A DNA stretch of 55,726 bases, filler included, from Catajapyx aquilonaris (Eukaryota), in the NCBI GenBank assembly GCA_000934665.2. It is 4 parts of 4 records of this genome, joined end to end, with 100 filler letters (N's around TTAATTAATTAA, not from the genome) between each part and the next. Parts side by side here need not be neighbours in the genome. Positions count along the whole stretch, not along the records: positions 13,959 to 27,858 come from JYFJ02007963.1; positions 27,959 to 41,806 come from KZ539757.1; 2 more parts are not named here. One strand, written 5' to 3'. Below the pieces are notes generated by a model. The model was not told the origin of the DNA. It saw only the letters and a program-made list of their open reading frames with translations, and made no database searches. This document shows, piece after piece, positions 22,201 through 34,700 of this stretch (position 1 is the first letter of the stretch; every line of letters starts with the position of its first letter). A program made the position numbers and the translations under genes.

Positions 22201-24940
22201 GGTTTTCGCTTCGAGTTTTCATTATCTCGTTGGCCACAGTCACGTGATTTGAGTATTGAATATGTACCTACTGAACATGCACAAACATTCTTGTGAACGT
22301 CTATTTCATTCATTTCCAAACAATTCCAATCGATAAAAGGCGAAAGGGTACAATCTTTTAGGTGTGTCCGCCTAAATGCGCTATCCGGCCCACTGTGGGC
22401 CGTTACAACCCTAGTCACGTATGGTTTTCCGAAATTTCTGCCCCTTCCCGTAGGCATTTTTTCACATTTCGAGTCCTCCTACTCATGCGTGACAAAATTC
22501 ATATTAAATGGCCATTTAGGATGTCATTTTGTATGCAGATATTCTGCCTTGCAAACGCATTATTAGGCTCGGGGATCTAGCACTCCCATTTGGAAGAAAA
22601 AGAAAAGCTAATGAAAAGGAGAAATGTTTTACTCATATGGTCGGAAAGAAAAAAAATCTGTACTGCCGTCGACAGTCTTTTGCGATTGAATTAAAAATAA
22701 TATGATGTAACCTGGAGCATGTTTATCTGCACTTCCCACATAAGCATCATGTCCATGAACCTAATACCATCTTCAAAAATTTGACTGTGCCAACTTACCC
22801 CAGTCTCCCCTATATGCAGGTTTATAATAACATACTTCTTTCATTTATCAATCCCCGTGCGAAGAAAGGGTTCCCTGCTAGTTAACAAAATTGTACCATG
22901 ACACAATGTACGAGTAAATTAAAAAGGCAAGGTCTCTTGGCCAGGATATTTTATGGCTTGTTTTTGCCATTTTCTCTGCGGAAGAGAAATGATACCCCTT
23001 CATCAATAAATTACACAGCGCAACAAAAAAAAAATCGGCGTGTTACTCGGAAACCACTATGCACATCATGTTAATAGGACCCAAAGTAGTTGGGAAACGC
23101 CCGGGATTTCTCTCCCAAAATGTGCAGTGGGTCAGGGTGACCAAAAATCCGAAAAATTCAAAATATTGACGTTTTTTGGCCTATTTCCAGGTCTGGCAAC
23201 CACTGTAAGTTTCGGATTTTGTTTTTGCTGGCATTAGGTGATACCTGCGACTAGTCTGAAGCCACTATGGTGTTTAAAGTCAATCTTTTATAGAAACTGT
23301 AGGTTTTCCAGGGTCCTTTTTATGGAAAAACTATTGTTTTTTGATACTTTTTCGTCAATTTTTGGGGAACAATGTATGGACTTTTTTTTTAAAAAAAGTG
23401 TATCGTAATGGGCTTTGTAGAGACCCTACAATCAAGGAGTAATAGTAGAACTTTCCTATGCAACCCTAGTACGCGTGTGCAAAAGCCTAATCTTAGGTAA
23501 AATCGCGTTTTTTTCGCATTTTTAGTGATTTGACTTTTTTCAACATTTAAAACCAAATATTCCTCGGCTTTAAAATAAATGAATTCTTCTTAGTCCAACA
23601 AACTGTCAGGGACCCCCATAGTATGGAAAAAGACTACGATTTCCATAAGCAACCCATGTACGCGTACGCGTACAAAAAAAATACACGCGTATATGGGTTG
23701 CTTATGGAAATCGTAGTCTTTTTCCATACTATGGGGGTCCCTGACGGTTTGTTAGACTAAGAAAAATTCATATATTTTAAAGCCGAGGAATATTTGGTTT
23801 TAAATGTTGAAAAAAGTCTAAACACCAAAAATGCGAAAAAACGCGATTTTACCCAAGATTAGGCTTTTGCACACGCGTACTAGGGTTGCATAGGAAAGTT
23901 CTACTATTATTCCTTGATTGTAGGGTCTCTAAAGAGCCCATTACGCTACACCTTCTTTAAAAAAAGTCCATACACTGTTCCCCAAAAATTGACGAAAAAG
24001 TACCAAAAAACGAAAGTTTTTCCATAAAAAGGACCCTGGAAAACCTACAGTTTCTATAAAAGATTGACTTTAAACACCATAGTGGCTTCAGACTAGACCC
24101 AGGTAACACCTAATGCCAGCAAAAACCAAATCCGAAACTTGCAGTGGTTGCCAGACCTGGAAATAGGCCAATAAACGTAAATATTTTGAATTTTTCGTAT
24201 TTTTGGTCACCCTGACCCCCTGCACATTTTGGGAGAGAAATCCCGGGCGTTTCCCAGCTACTTTGGGTCATACTAACATGATGTGCGTTGTGGTTTCCGA
24301 GTAACACGCCAATTTTTTTTTTGTTGCGCTGTGTTATTGATCCTCTGGTCCACAGGTGTTCATCTAGAAGTTTTGTCGGTATTATTACGAAACACCCTGT
24401 AGTATAGCCATACAGCCCTTCCTTCCTCGGACAGCTACCGGTGACGTAGTACAATCAGCTGGTGATTTAAAAAAAATGAAAACTGTAGGACAAGATTGCT
24501 TACTGAAATATTCAGATTGTAGGAAAAGCGAAACATTCGAGAGGAGTGACATTCTTTGACGTGTTCTGCGAATGTGTGGTACAGTGTTGGTCATAAATCG
24601 AGGCAACTGCCAGCGACATTTTCCGAAGCGGCAGAAGGAATCGAAGATAAGCATACTTACAAGCCGGGCGAGCAAGATTCCTTCTTCTGCCGCTTCGGAA
24701 AATGTCGCTGGCAGTTGCCTCGATATATGACCAACACTGTACTGGCTGGATGCCATCTAAAAAAAGGCTACAGTTATAACGAAGTGGGAATGGGGAACCT
24801 ACCTTGTGTTTGCAGAGGGTATGGTCTCTAGTGATCTGGCATTGGGGAGCGTCTCTTGCCCATGTGTTGACGGGCATGAGAACAAGTGCCAGCAGCACAA
24901 TCATTATGTCCGGTCTGACTACCAACTTGGTCCACTGCAT
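19287..24940 (-). CDS. CAP/SCP (venom allergen 3/5-like) secreted protein, 5' part only. Exons 24940-24803 and 19451-19287
   Basis: A phase-0 GT-AG join gives ..MIVLLALVLMPVNTWA (signal-peptide-like) RDAPQCQITRDHTLCKHK|TLGPRCRDIQAHGVSPQERHLILDMHNVYRQKVSTGQEKRGRPGPQPSAANMLQM|gt, with the HT.C, HN.YR..V..G.E.RG.PGPQP.AANM signature. The downstream exons (WD.EL, GQN, HYTQ motifs) were not found before the piece end. Confidence 0.85.
19738..20093. repeat. Imperfect foldback inverted repeat (probable MITE)
   Basis: CTGTAATCATAATTAAATTAATTGCACACCT..TAATCCGAATTACTT is mirrored by AAGTAATTCGGATTATA..AGGTGTGCAATTAACTTAATTATGATTACAG. Confidence 0.7.
23014..24333. mobile_element. 1320-bp near-palindromic foldback element with CAC..GTG termini and TTA TSD (CMC/Chapaev3-like, non-autonomous)
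   Basis: TTA|CACAGCGCAACAAAAAAAAAAT.GGCGTGTTACTCGGAAACC ... GGTTTCCGAGTAACACGCCAATTTTTTTTTTGTTGCGCTGTG|TTA; the arms pair continuously to a centre near 23670. Confidence 0.85.
24582..24739. mobile_element. Small Tc1/mariner-like hairpin MITE
   Basis: TA|CAGTGTTGGTCATAAATCGAGGCAACTGCCAGCG ... CGCTGGCAGTTGCCTCGATATATGACCAACACTG|TA. Confidence 0.8.
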
Positions 24941-25185
24941 CTTCTGTAAAATGGCAAAGAAATAATAAATGTCACGTTCATTGATTGGCAAAGAAATACC
25001 ACTCCCTCGATTTGTTTTAGCTTCCAGGTGTGTGTTCAAGTATGTTACCTATGCCTTCCATAACAATCCAAAGAAGTGACGGGCCAAGCCAGCATCGTTT
25101 TGTGTTCAATCAAGTACCCGTAGCGGTTAGTGATGTTTTGGCGCCTGGGCCGAATTCAGAGAGGTTGGTTAACATAAACGTAACA

Positions 25186-25521
25186 GGGGAGGTGTGGTGG
25201 CCGTGATGGTAACGTCACGGCTTGCTGAGTGAAAGGCCCCAGGTTCGATCCCCGCCTGGGGAACTTTCCTTTCACCTGCGTCAGGAGGGTCTCTGACCTG
25301 CACCAAGGAGGTGTCTGGCAACCTAACCTCCTGGGGAACAGCACATGACCCCTTTTCAGACAATGCACTTGCACCTATGTTCCCTCCCCAAAAATCCCTA
25401 TCCCTACCCTACATCCTTGACTCCTTGCACCGGTGATGAAGTTAATAGGAAAATTGGAGAGTAATGGTGGTATTCCACCCCCCTAAAAAGGCTAGGCCTT
25501 ATCACGGGGTAACGTAAAAAA
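25186..25521 (+). mobile_element. tRNA-derived SINE, full-length copy
   Basis: Pol III A box TGGCCGTGATGG and B box GGTTCGATCC; ~336 bp; tail CCTTATCACGGGGTAACGTAAAAAA; ~15-bp TSD AACATAAACG(T/C)AACA. Homologous to the copies at 33451 and 40170. Confidence 0.88.
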
Positions 25522-25958
25522 AACATAAACGCAACATTAACGTTGGTTAACGTAAAAGTAACATTTGGGAACGTTGATTGCACAATATTTTCAAAAATTA
25601 GTTTGCACGATCGCGATGCTGGCACTGTTTCATCAGCTTTGAAATCTTAGAACATGAAATACATTAAATGAACCATTTCATCTGCAAACTCCAAATTAGT
25701 TCCAAATAGTAGATGCCCTCAGGATAATATATTGAGGGGCTGGGTGAAAGAAGGGCCCATCCCACACAACGTAACTGCTGAGAAATGAAGCTGTAGCTCG
25801 GGAACAACCTCTCGCAACTCCCTCTCTTTTCGCGTGCACTTAGCAAGTCCCCTCTCCCCGGATGTGGAGCCCTGTATCAAAACGCATTCGGGTGGCTGGT
25901 GCTGTGGATCTGCAAACTGAAGCTGAATGGGATTTGACTCTTTAGGTAAGTTCAGTAC

Positions 25959-26419
25959 TAGTCAGGACGTTAAGGGACTCAATTGTGCATTTGGTGAATC
26001 GTGATGAAAGCATGAAATTTGGTACGAATGTTCCTGAGACCATACTCTTCAAATCCAGATATGGCGCCACGACCGTTATGGCCCAGGAGGCGGGTTGGCT
26101 ACCTTGAAGCGAGTGAAAAGTTTTTTTCTGAGCGAACTATGCTTCTCAGGAGGATATGTGCCAAACAAATGTTGTGGGGAAACATGGATTCTACAAAAAG
26201 TGTAAGTACCGTTTCCACGTCTGTATTTTAGGAGCTACAGACACTCGAAAAAGAATTTTCAGTCGCTGAAGGGTAGCCAACCCGCAATTACGGGCAAAAC
26301 GGGCGTGGCGCCATATCTGGATTTGAAGAGTATGGTCTCAGGGACATTCTTACCAAATTTCATGCTTTCATCACCAAATGCACAGATGACCCATTTTTCG
26401 TCCCTTAACGTCCTGACTA
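25959..26419. mobile_element. Non-autonomous Academ-like element
   Basis: TIR TAGTCAGGACGTTAAGGGAC / GTCCCTTAACGTCCTGACTA with extended inverted arms; 3-bp TSD TAC. TAG termini with a 3-4-bp TSD are Academ hallmarks. Confidence 0.7.
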
Positions 26420-26687
26420 TACGGTTCAGAAGTCTTCGCGTGGGCCCGAATGTGTTTTGGTACAGGGCTCCACATCTGGGTATTCGGACTCCACATCCGG
26501 GGATAGGGGACGCAAGGCCTTCCCCATAGGCCTCGTGCATATTCGAATTTTCTGACACGCAGCGCCCCTACCGGCCGGGCGCTGCATCTAACAGTGGGAG
26601 CTGGGGGCCTGGGGCCGCTGGCGGGAGAAAGTGGGCCCGACGAACGTGCGTCCTCTGAAAGCCTCAGACATCATGACATATGACAAC

Positions 26688-27164
26688 CAGCGCCGGATTT
26701 ACGGCAAGGCAACCTAGGCAGTTGCCTAGGGCGGAAGATTTCAAGGGGCGGCAAATTTAGGGACACAAAAGAATGTAAACGAAAAATTAATAATAAATAA
26801 TTACGCGACTGGAAGCAGCGCTGGATTTACCATTGGGCAGAGTAGGAAATTGCCTATGGCGGCCGCAAGTTCCAATAAATATTTTTCAAATAGCCTACAA
26901 TAATAAGAAATAAAGGCGAAATCATATTTTTAAAAATCAATATTTTGTCGGGGGGTTCCCATTGCCGGATTTGCCACTAGGCAGAAAAGCCTAAGGGCGG
27001 CCGCCCTCCGGAGGCGGCCATAAGTTTTAAGAGTTGGAATATAAAATTTGAATAAAATAAAATGAAATGAAGGAGAGAAAAATTTGAATTTTTAAGTGGC
27101 ATGGGGGGGGGGGGGCCGGATCTCAAACTGCCTAGGGGCGGCGGAGGGGGTAAATCCGACACTG
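26688..27164. mobile_element. hAT-type MITE
   Basis: TIR CAGCGCCGGATTTAC / GTAAATCCGACACTG; perfect 8-bp TSD ATGACAAC; internal CCTAGG repeats. Confidence 0.82.
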
Positions 27165-27601
27165 ATGACAACGCTCTGTTTGGGGTTTGAGGCCCTTTTA
27201 TTTGAGGACAACTATTTCAGGACTTCCTCACTTACAAAAGGGCGGAATTTAAAGGACAGTCATCATGTCTGCTGCGTCAGAGAGACCCTCAACGAGCAGG
27301 GAGGCTGTCCTCCACCACGATCACGGCTCGAGTACGGCGGCTTATTGAAAGTATTATGCACTTCGAGCCAAAAGCGATTTTAATTTTTTTTCGTGATGTA
27401 CGCACCATAAGGAGCATTTTGAGGGTTGGAGCCACCTCCAAATGTGTCTGGTAATTGTTGTACACCCGCGCAAAGTTTTATATGTGGCATAATAAAGTGA
27501 AAATCGCGTGTTATCTGCGTATTTGTTGGGCTACGGTGGTCATTCTGGTGTCATTTCCAATGTTTTCAGGGTCGAGAAACTCAATTCTGGCAAAATCAGG
27601 A

Positions 27602-27653
27602 CGTTATAAGTGAAACCTGTCCATAACGTTATGGACAGGTTTCACTTATAACG
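27602..27653. repeat. Perfect 52-bp palindrome made of AGTGAAACCTGTCC-family MITE ends
   Basis: CGTTATAAGTGAAACCTGTCCATAA-CG-TTATGGACAGGTTTCACTTATAACG. Confidence 0.9.
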
Positions 27654-27858
27654 ACCTCTGATTCGGAATGGACAGGTTTCCGTTACACTCAGGGTCCGAA
27701 TTTTTTTAAAGAACGGACATATGGACAGGTCGTCATGCATTCGCGGTATACTCCGAAATGGAAGCGAGTCCATCCGGAATTTTCCGGAATGGACACGTTT
27801 CCGCTAAATACGGAAAATCTGATGCAAACTTAATCAGGGTGTGTGTAAGGATTATCGT

Positions 27859-27958
27859 NNNNNNNNNNNNNNNNNNNNNNNNNNNNNNNNNNNNNNNNNN
27901 NNTTAATTAATTAANNNNNNNNNNNNNNNNNNNNNNNNNNNNNNNNNNNNNNNNNNNN
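27859..27958. other. Artificial scaffold-join spacer
   Basis: N44-TTAATTAATTAA-N44. Confidence 0.97.
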
Positions 27959-28790
27959 AGATCCCCATAATACTTGCGTCATATGCGATGAAAATAATAT
28001 TGTCTGCCAACAAGTAAAATTCCTACTCATTATGTATCTGCCAATCTACTGGCGTCACGATACCTACCGATCTCGGCCAGTCAAGGTGAGACGATGACCT
28101 AGATTAAAGGAAAGGGGCTGAAAGAGCTGTAAATGAGTAATGAAAAATATATAAAACCGTGTAGATATATTTTGTGACGCAAGTCATCCGGAAATCCCCA
28201 TTTATAGTTTCTCTCACACACGCCTGGTAGATGATGGACCCGTACCGAACTGTTAGTTAAGGTTTAAAGTCTACCTCAAAAAATAATTATAATTATCCGA
28301 TAACAATAAACCGCAATTGTAGGCATAAAACTGCCCGCGTCCATGCAGCCCGCCATAAGCGGCAGGCAGGGGAGTAGCAATCCTGTCGATCGCAGTGCCA
28401 CCTGGCGGATTTTCAACTTTTTTGGGGGGCGAGCTTTCCATTGGAGGCATAGGCCGGTTGGCATACTAGATCTTGTAGGTACTATAGTGTAGTTGCCATG
28501 CAAAGAGTGTTGCCGTGGCCGCCAAAAAAAGTCAAAGATGGCGGACCCTATTTTTGCCTGTGCCCTATTTATACCTCGTTGGCGTTGGCCCCACTTCAAA
28601 ATGGCCGCCAAAAACGCCCCAAACAGAGAGACGCGTAAATTGCATGTTTGCGCCTCTTATGTAGTATATTCTCCCTGCTCCTGCCATATAATCCGTATAA
28701 TGACCGTACACGGTATTAGAATTTATTAGTTGCACCACAATCGCCATTTGATTCACATTTACCGTGGAACCATCCATTGCATGGTTTCAG

Positions 28791-31700
28791 GCTACCACGA
28801 CATCGGGGAATCATGGAGAAATGAGCTGGAAGTGCCTGACTTGGAGATGGTGGTGGATGAGCTATACAATGCCATGCAGCCTCTCTACGTCTACCTGCAT
28901 GCGTATGTCAGACACAAGCTGGCCAATTATTACGGAGAGCATGTGGTAAACAGGACTGGGCTTATTCCAGCTCATGTACTAGGTAAGTACTGACCAGGAA
29001 AAAAAAAAATCGATGGGGTAAGTATCCGAAATGTTTTCAGGAAACATGTGGGCGCAGAACTGGGCAAGTTTGATTGATATAGTAATTCCGGGAGAGAACA
29101 GCCTGACGGACACCATGATCGCCCAAAACTACAGCGTAATTGACATGTTCAAGAAGGCTGAGAATTTCTTCGTATCAATGGGACTGGAACCCATGAGTCA
29201 GAGCTTCTGGACAAACTCCAGGCTGCAGCGCAGCAACACCAACGAGCAGACCTCATGCCATGGGGCTGCCGCCAACATGTATGATGGTGACGATTACAGG
29301 TTGGTCAATCCAGTGACATAGGAATAGGTGTCTTATTGGTTATCGCTTTCAAGACTAATGTTGCAATAGTTAAAAACTTCATTGTGACATACAACACAAG
29401 ATGATGCATGCAGAATTTGTAATAAACTCATATGTTCCCTGCAGGATTCTGATGTGTGCTCACGTGACAGAAGAGGACTTCTACACCATCCACCATGAAA
29501 TGGGTCATGTGGAATACTACATGGCCTACAGGAATCAACCGACTATTTTTCAGGTCACAAAATCATTTTGACATAAAGCACTGCTCCCGACAAAAAAAGC
29601 TTAATTTCAAAAATTCCCGAGCATTAATAAATTAAACTAGTCGCCCTAGACAAGACTGGAGTTAGAGCTTTGATGATTGGTAGGTTGTAATAGCTTACTG
29701 TTGTGGGGGTGGGGGGGGGGGAATGAAAATGAAACATCATGAGTGGTTTCAAAGAGTACACTGAAAAACTGTTGTTGCCACTGCTCGAGTAGTCTACTAT
29801 TATTCAGCATGGTCATGGTTGACATCTACTACTGCTTATATTCGCATTGGATAAGAGGTATCATGTTGTATAGTGAACTCATTGACCCTCTCATGGCGGA
29901 AACAGTAGCCTACTCTACTTCCCATTACACGAATCGAGGCTGATGCTCATGTTTTATTTTTGTTCGCCAAATAGTTCTACAGTCTGTCTTCCATACACCT
30001 GTAGCCAATATGCTATCAGGTTACAGCTCTTGAAAATAATGCTCATGGTATATGGTAGTCAGTCTCGTCTATCTGATGGGTGTGATAAGCAAGCCGATCA
30101 CAAGGTATAATACTGTTTTAAAATTATTTTAATGATATATGCACACATGTTTGTGCCAGTACTCCAAAATAATAGCAATGCTGAAAGTTGTCATATCTTT
30201 CCATCCAAACTGCTACCATGTTAGGTGAATCAGATCCCTTCTCCATCCCTCCTTTGTCAGGAAATGTAGACTAGGCTGCCTAGATGTTTACAAACACAAT
30301 CTGTCCATCAGGATGGAGCTAACTCAGCATTTCACGAAGCACTGGGAGATAGCATTATGTATGGAGTGATGACACCCCAGCATTTGCATCGCTTGGCCTT
30401 GATAAATAACAGCTACCTTAGTCCAGGTGAATAACAACAACAGCATCAGCAATAAACAGTAGTTAATAAACTAATTGCACTGATGCAATCAGTAAGTCCC
30501 TCATGTTCTTGTACCTTGCAGAGATGGAGCGTCGCTTTCTCATGAGACAAGCCCTGAGCAAGTTGCCGCTCTTGCCATTTAGTCTCCTTTTGGATAAGTG
30601 GCGTTGGCGTGTCTTTGATGGGAGTATCAGTCCAGAGGAATACAATAATGCATGGTGGGATTTTCGTCGTCAATATCAGGGGGTTCAACCTCCTGTCCCA
30701 AGCACTCCTGATGACTTTGATCCAGCTGCTAAGTTTCACGTCTTGGACAACACACCCTACATCCGGTAGGAGAAAGAACAGGGACCAAGGGACTGTAACG
30801 CAATGGCCAATAGGCAATAGCCTCAGTTTCAGTGTGAGGGCTGAAAACTGATTTTAAAATGCCACTTTACAAAAGAGTAGGTTATTTGCATTAGTCCAAA
30901 ACTTGTATGGACAGTAAATGACTAATGGTGTTGTGTGGGGCAGACACAGTGGCTTTTCTTTGTTGATCACAGTGAAGGGGGCTTGATCCCTTGTTATTCC
31001 CAAGGCCCAGTTTGGTCTTTGTGAACAGGTTATTGTGTCATATGCAGTTAGCTTGCTATGAAGACTTAACAAGATATGGGGCACTTGTGGAGGGAATTAC
31101 TGTTAAAAACATTTTTACACCACTGTAAATATTAATTCCGCATTGTATCAATCATAGTTCACATTTAAATAATTCTAAACAGACTTTCTGTCGACGCAAA
31201 TGCCAATTTTTTTCCACGCCCTTGTTGCTGGGTGATGATTACTACTTTGGTGCAGAGGCAATTAAGGCATTGCAAGACAGAAGACTATATTATCCCTATG
31301 AACCAACAACAACTGCAAGTCAACATCAGCTTCTTCCTTCCCCTTTCCATGTAAATCTCTATCCTAGTCCTGACCTGCAATTCCTAATGCAGTGGAGCCT
31401 CGATTATCCGAACACCGATCAACCGAAACCTCGGTTAACCGAAAGCATTCGAGTCGGCAAATTCAAATTTGCGCGCGAGATTTAGCAGCAAAATAAAAAA
31501 AAACGAGTCTCCACTCTGAAGCAAAAGAAAATAGCTATACATGTATTTGACTTCTTTTCCTAAACTGTTAACTGTAGGCCTACTTTATGTAAGGTATGTA
31601 TATGTATTTTTAAGACGCGACTGTGATACAAAATATACAGTGTTGTGTTTAATATCACTGTTTCTTTGTTTCATATTGCTCCTATGACACCGGTACAAAA

Positions 31701-34700
31701 TCCCCCCGTATATGATAGGTTATCCGAACACCCCCAGTCCCCATTGCTTCGGATAATTGAGGTTCCACTGTATTCCAGTAGACTTTAAAAACAACAACAA
31801 TCTGTACCAGTCATCTAGAGCAGAAGTCTGGGGGCCATAGCAGATGGGAAATGTGTCATGTGACATAACTATACATGTAGAGGAACTTCATGGAGCAAAT
31901 TTATCCCTTGTCCCAATCATTGACTGACTGAGAATACCTTGGTCATTTATTGTTTGTAAGCTCGTCTTCATGCCTGTTTGCCTGCAACAGTAATTTAATA
32001 AGCAATCTGCATTACACATGTCAAAGTGTGCAGTAACAGGGGCATGACATATGACACGGACTCTACAGAGGGTAAAATAATGTGATTTAAAAAAATTATA
32101 AGTACCAGTGCCTTCTCACACTGCCCCAAAGAATTCACATGTAGGGGGCCTACACAAAAATTGAACTCTTCACACAGTCAACCTTTTGTTAATGTACCGG
32201 GTGTAAATGAATTCAACTGACAAATGTGTAGGGGTAATAGAGGGCCAAGACAAACACATTTCACATAGGAACCCGTGTCCGGAAACGCCATCTATAGAGG
32301 GGGTTACTAGACGAGGAACGGCGCGCTCAGATGCGCTACGCACGCGGATAGTACGCAACAACACTGCTGTTGCCAGTTACTGTGCATTGCGCCATTGTTT
32401 ACTATCCGCGAGGGGCGCGGCACAAGGTACCATAAAAATTACCTCACTTAAGAGGGCCGGGTCACTACGTTTCCTGCCATTTTTTTTGGCAGCAGCGAGC
32501 GAAAATCTGGTGCGCCGACTCGTCTTCGTTCGACGAATCCTGGCGCGCTGTTATAAAGACACGCGGTTTTTTGCATCGTCCGGAGAAAGAGCTGGCGCTT
32601 GGTTAGTATTGTTGTATGGCTTTTGAAATAAAAATGGTAGTCCTCAAGGTACACAAGTTTCCTCACAAAATGGAAAAAACCTTCCCCTGTAAAATGTCAT
32701 TTTTGGCACTTACCTCGTTATGGAAGAGCACCCCTCATTTTTCACCTTGACATTACTTTAGTACAGTATCACATGCATTCCAAAAAAATTGACAAGGATC
32801 AAAATTATGGAAATCCACCTCGGTTATTGCGGCATGCTGGTCGACCTCGTTTTATACCGGCCTGGTCTAGTTCGACCCGGTTCCACTCTGGTGGCGTCTC
32901 ACCTGCGCCCACCGCCCCGCGCGCGGTTTTCGAACGACACACTTCCAGCTTTCACACTGGCCTTACCGTTCGTCTCTAAGAAAAACTGCTTATACCCTCG
33001 GAATCAGGATTTTTTGCCCGATTTTTAGAACCCAACTTGTATTTTGAGTGGAGTGTTCCTTTAAGTGAGGTAATCCGGTAACTCAGCAGTCCGCGAGCCT
33101 GCCGCGTCTGAGCGCACAGTTCCTTGTCTATTAACGCCCTCTAGATGGCGTTTCCGGACACGGATTCCTATGTTTAATATGCTTGTCTTGTATGTACTGT
33201 ATATTGTGATGATAATAAGTGTCCCCCCAAAAGGGCTCCACCCTGTTACGGGGTAATAAAATAAAATAAAATAAATAAATAAGGGCCAGTTGCACCGGCC
33301 CTAAATAAATAAGTTTGTAGCCCACTTTTGGCACCTTGGGAAAGATTTTTTCTCATCATTTTTGAAATTGCCCAGAAAATAAACCCATACGGCTGCGAGT
33401 CCTTTTTCTCCCCTCATTTTACTGTACTCAACAAACTAATGATGAAATCTGGGGGAGGTGCGGTGGCCGAGATGGTAACGTCTCGGCTTGCTGAGTGAAA
33501 GGTCCCAGGTTCGATCCCCGCCTGAGGAGTTCCCTTTCACCTGCGTCGGGATGGTCTGACCCGCACCTTGGAGGTATCTGGCAACCTAACCTCCTGGGGA
33601 ACAGCACAAGACCCCTTTTCAGACATTGCACCTGCACCCTGGTCCCCTCCCCGAAAATCCCTATCCTTACCTAATGTCCTTGATTCCTTGCACCGGAGAT
33701 TGAAGGAAAAAAGTATACAGATGTATATGTCGTAGCCCCTTAGCGAAATTGGGCACTTCATGAAATGTCTACTGAAATTTGACACATGCTGTAGTGCAAT
33801 CTCCCGTGAAGAATTACAGCATGTGCCCAGAAATATTGGACTGTTAGCGAAGTGTCAGCAACGGGTTGGACTGATTCCGTAATTCAGAATCTATACCCAG
33901 TGTACAATGTACATACATGAGCAGCTGAGCAAAACCAGAAGGTGTGGAGGGCAGCAGGAGATTCAGAGTGCAGGCCAGACTGCTCATGACCTGGACGAAA
34001 TGTGAGGAGGGAATGTCTGGAAGTCCAGGAGTTGAAAAATTGGTCCGGACTCTTGAGCCAAAGGGTAGTCCAGGTAGTCCGGGCCCTAAGCGTCTTAACC
34101 TTGCATTTTGTGATAAGAAGGTGCCATTTGGCACATATATTCCCTAGTCCTATAGGAGCAATTCCAGAGTTGCAGGCAACTGATCGGCCCCTTAGGTCAG
34201 GAGTTATGCGGTGTTGCCAACCTGGTCCTGGACCTAAGCGTTTATAACAATTTTTAACTTTGCATTTTGGGATTTTGGCAACCATGTTCCCCAGGCCTAG
34301 AGGATCCATTTGAGAGTTGGCGGCACTTGATCGGCCCCTTAGGTCACGAGTTATGCGGTTATGATTAGGTCCCGGACCATGTTGGCAACACCGCATAACT
34401 CCTCACCTAAGGAGCCGATCATGTGCTGCCATCTCTCAAATGGATCCTATAGACCTAGGGAACATGTCTGCCAAGTGGCACCTTCTTATCACAAAGTGCC
34501 GAGTTAAAACGCTCAGTTCCCTGATCAGGTTGGCAACACCGCATAACTCGTGTGAATGGAAGCCATTTTAATAAAATGATTTCACTATGAAGAATGTAGA
34601 AAAGTAAACTCAGTGGACAGTGTCAATCATGTTGCCTTCTGTTTCAGGTACTTTTTGAGCTTGGTGCTCCAAGTGCAGTTTTTCAAGGGGATGTGTCAAG

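Noticed and set aside
25186..25262. tRNA gene
   Set aside because: A and B boxes are present but I cannot form a proper cloverleaf; it is fused to a shared 260-bp body with TSDs, so it is a SINE head.
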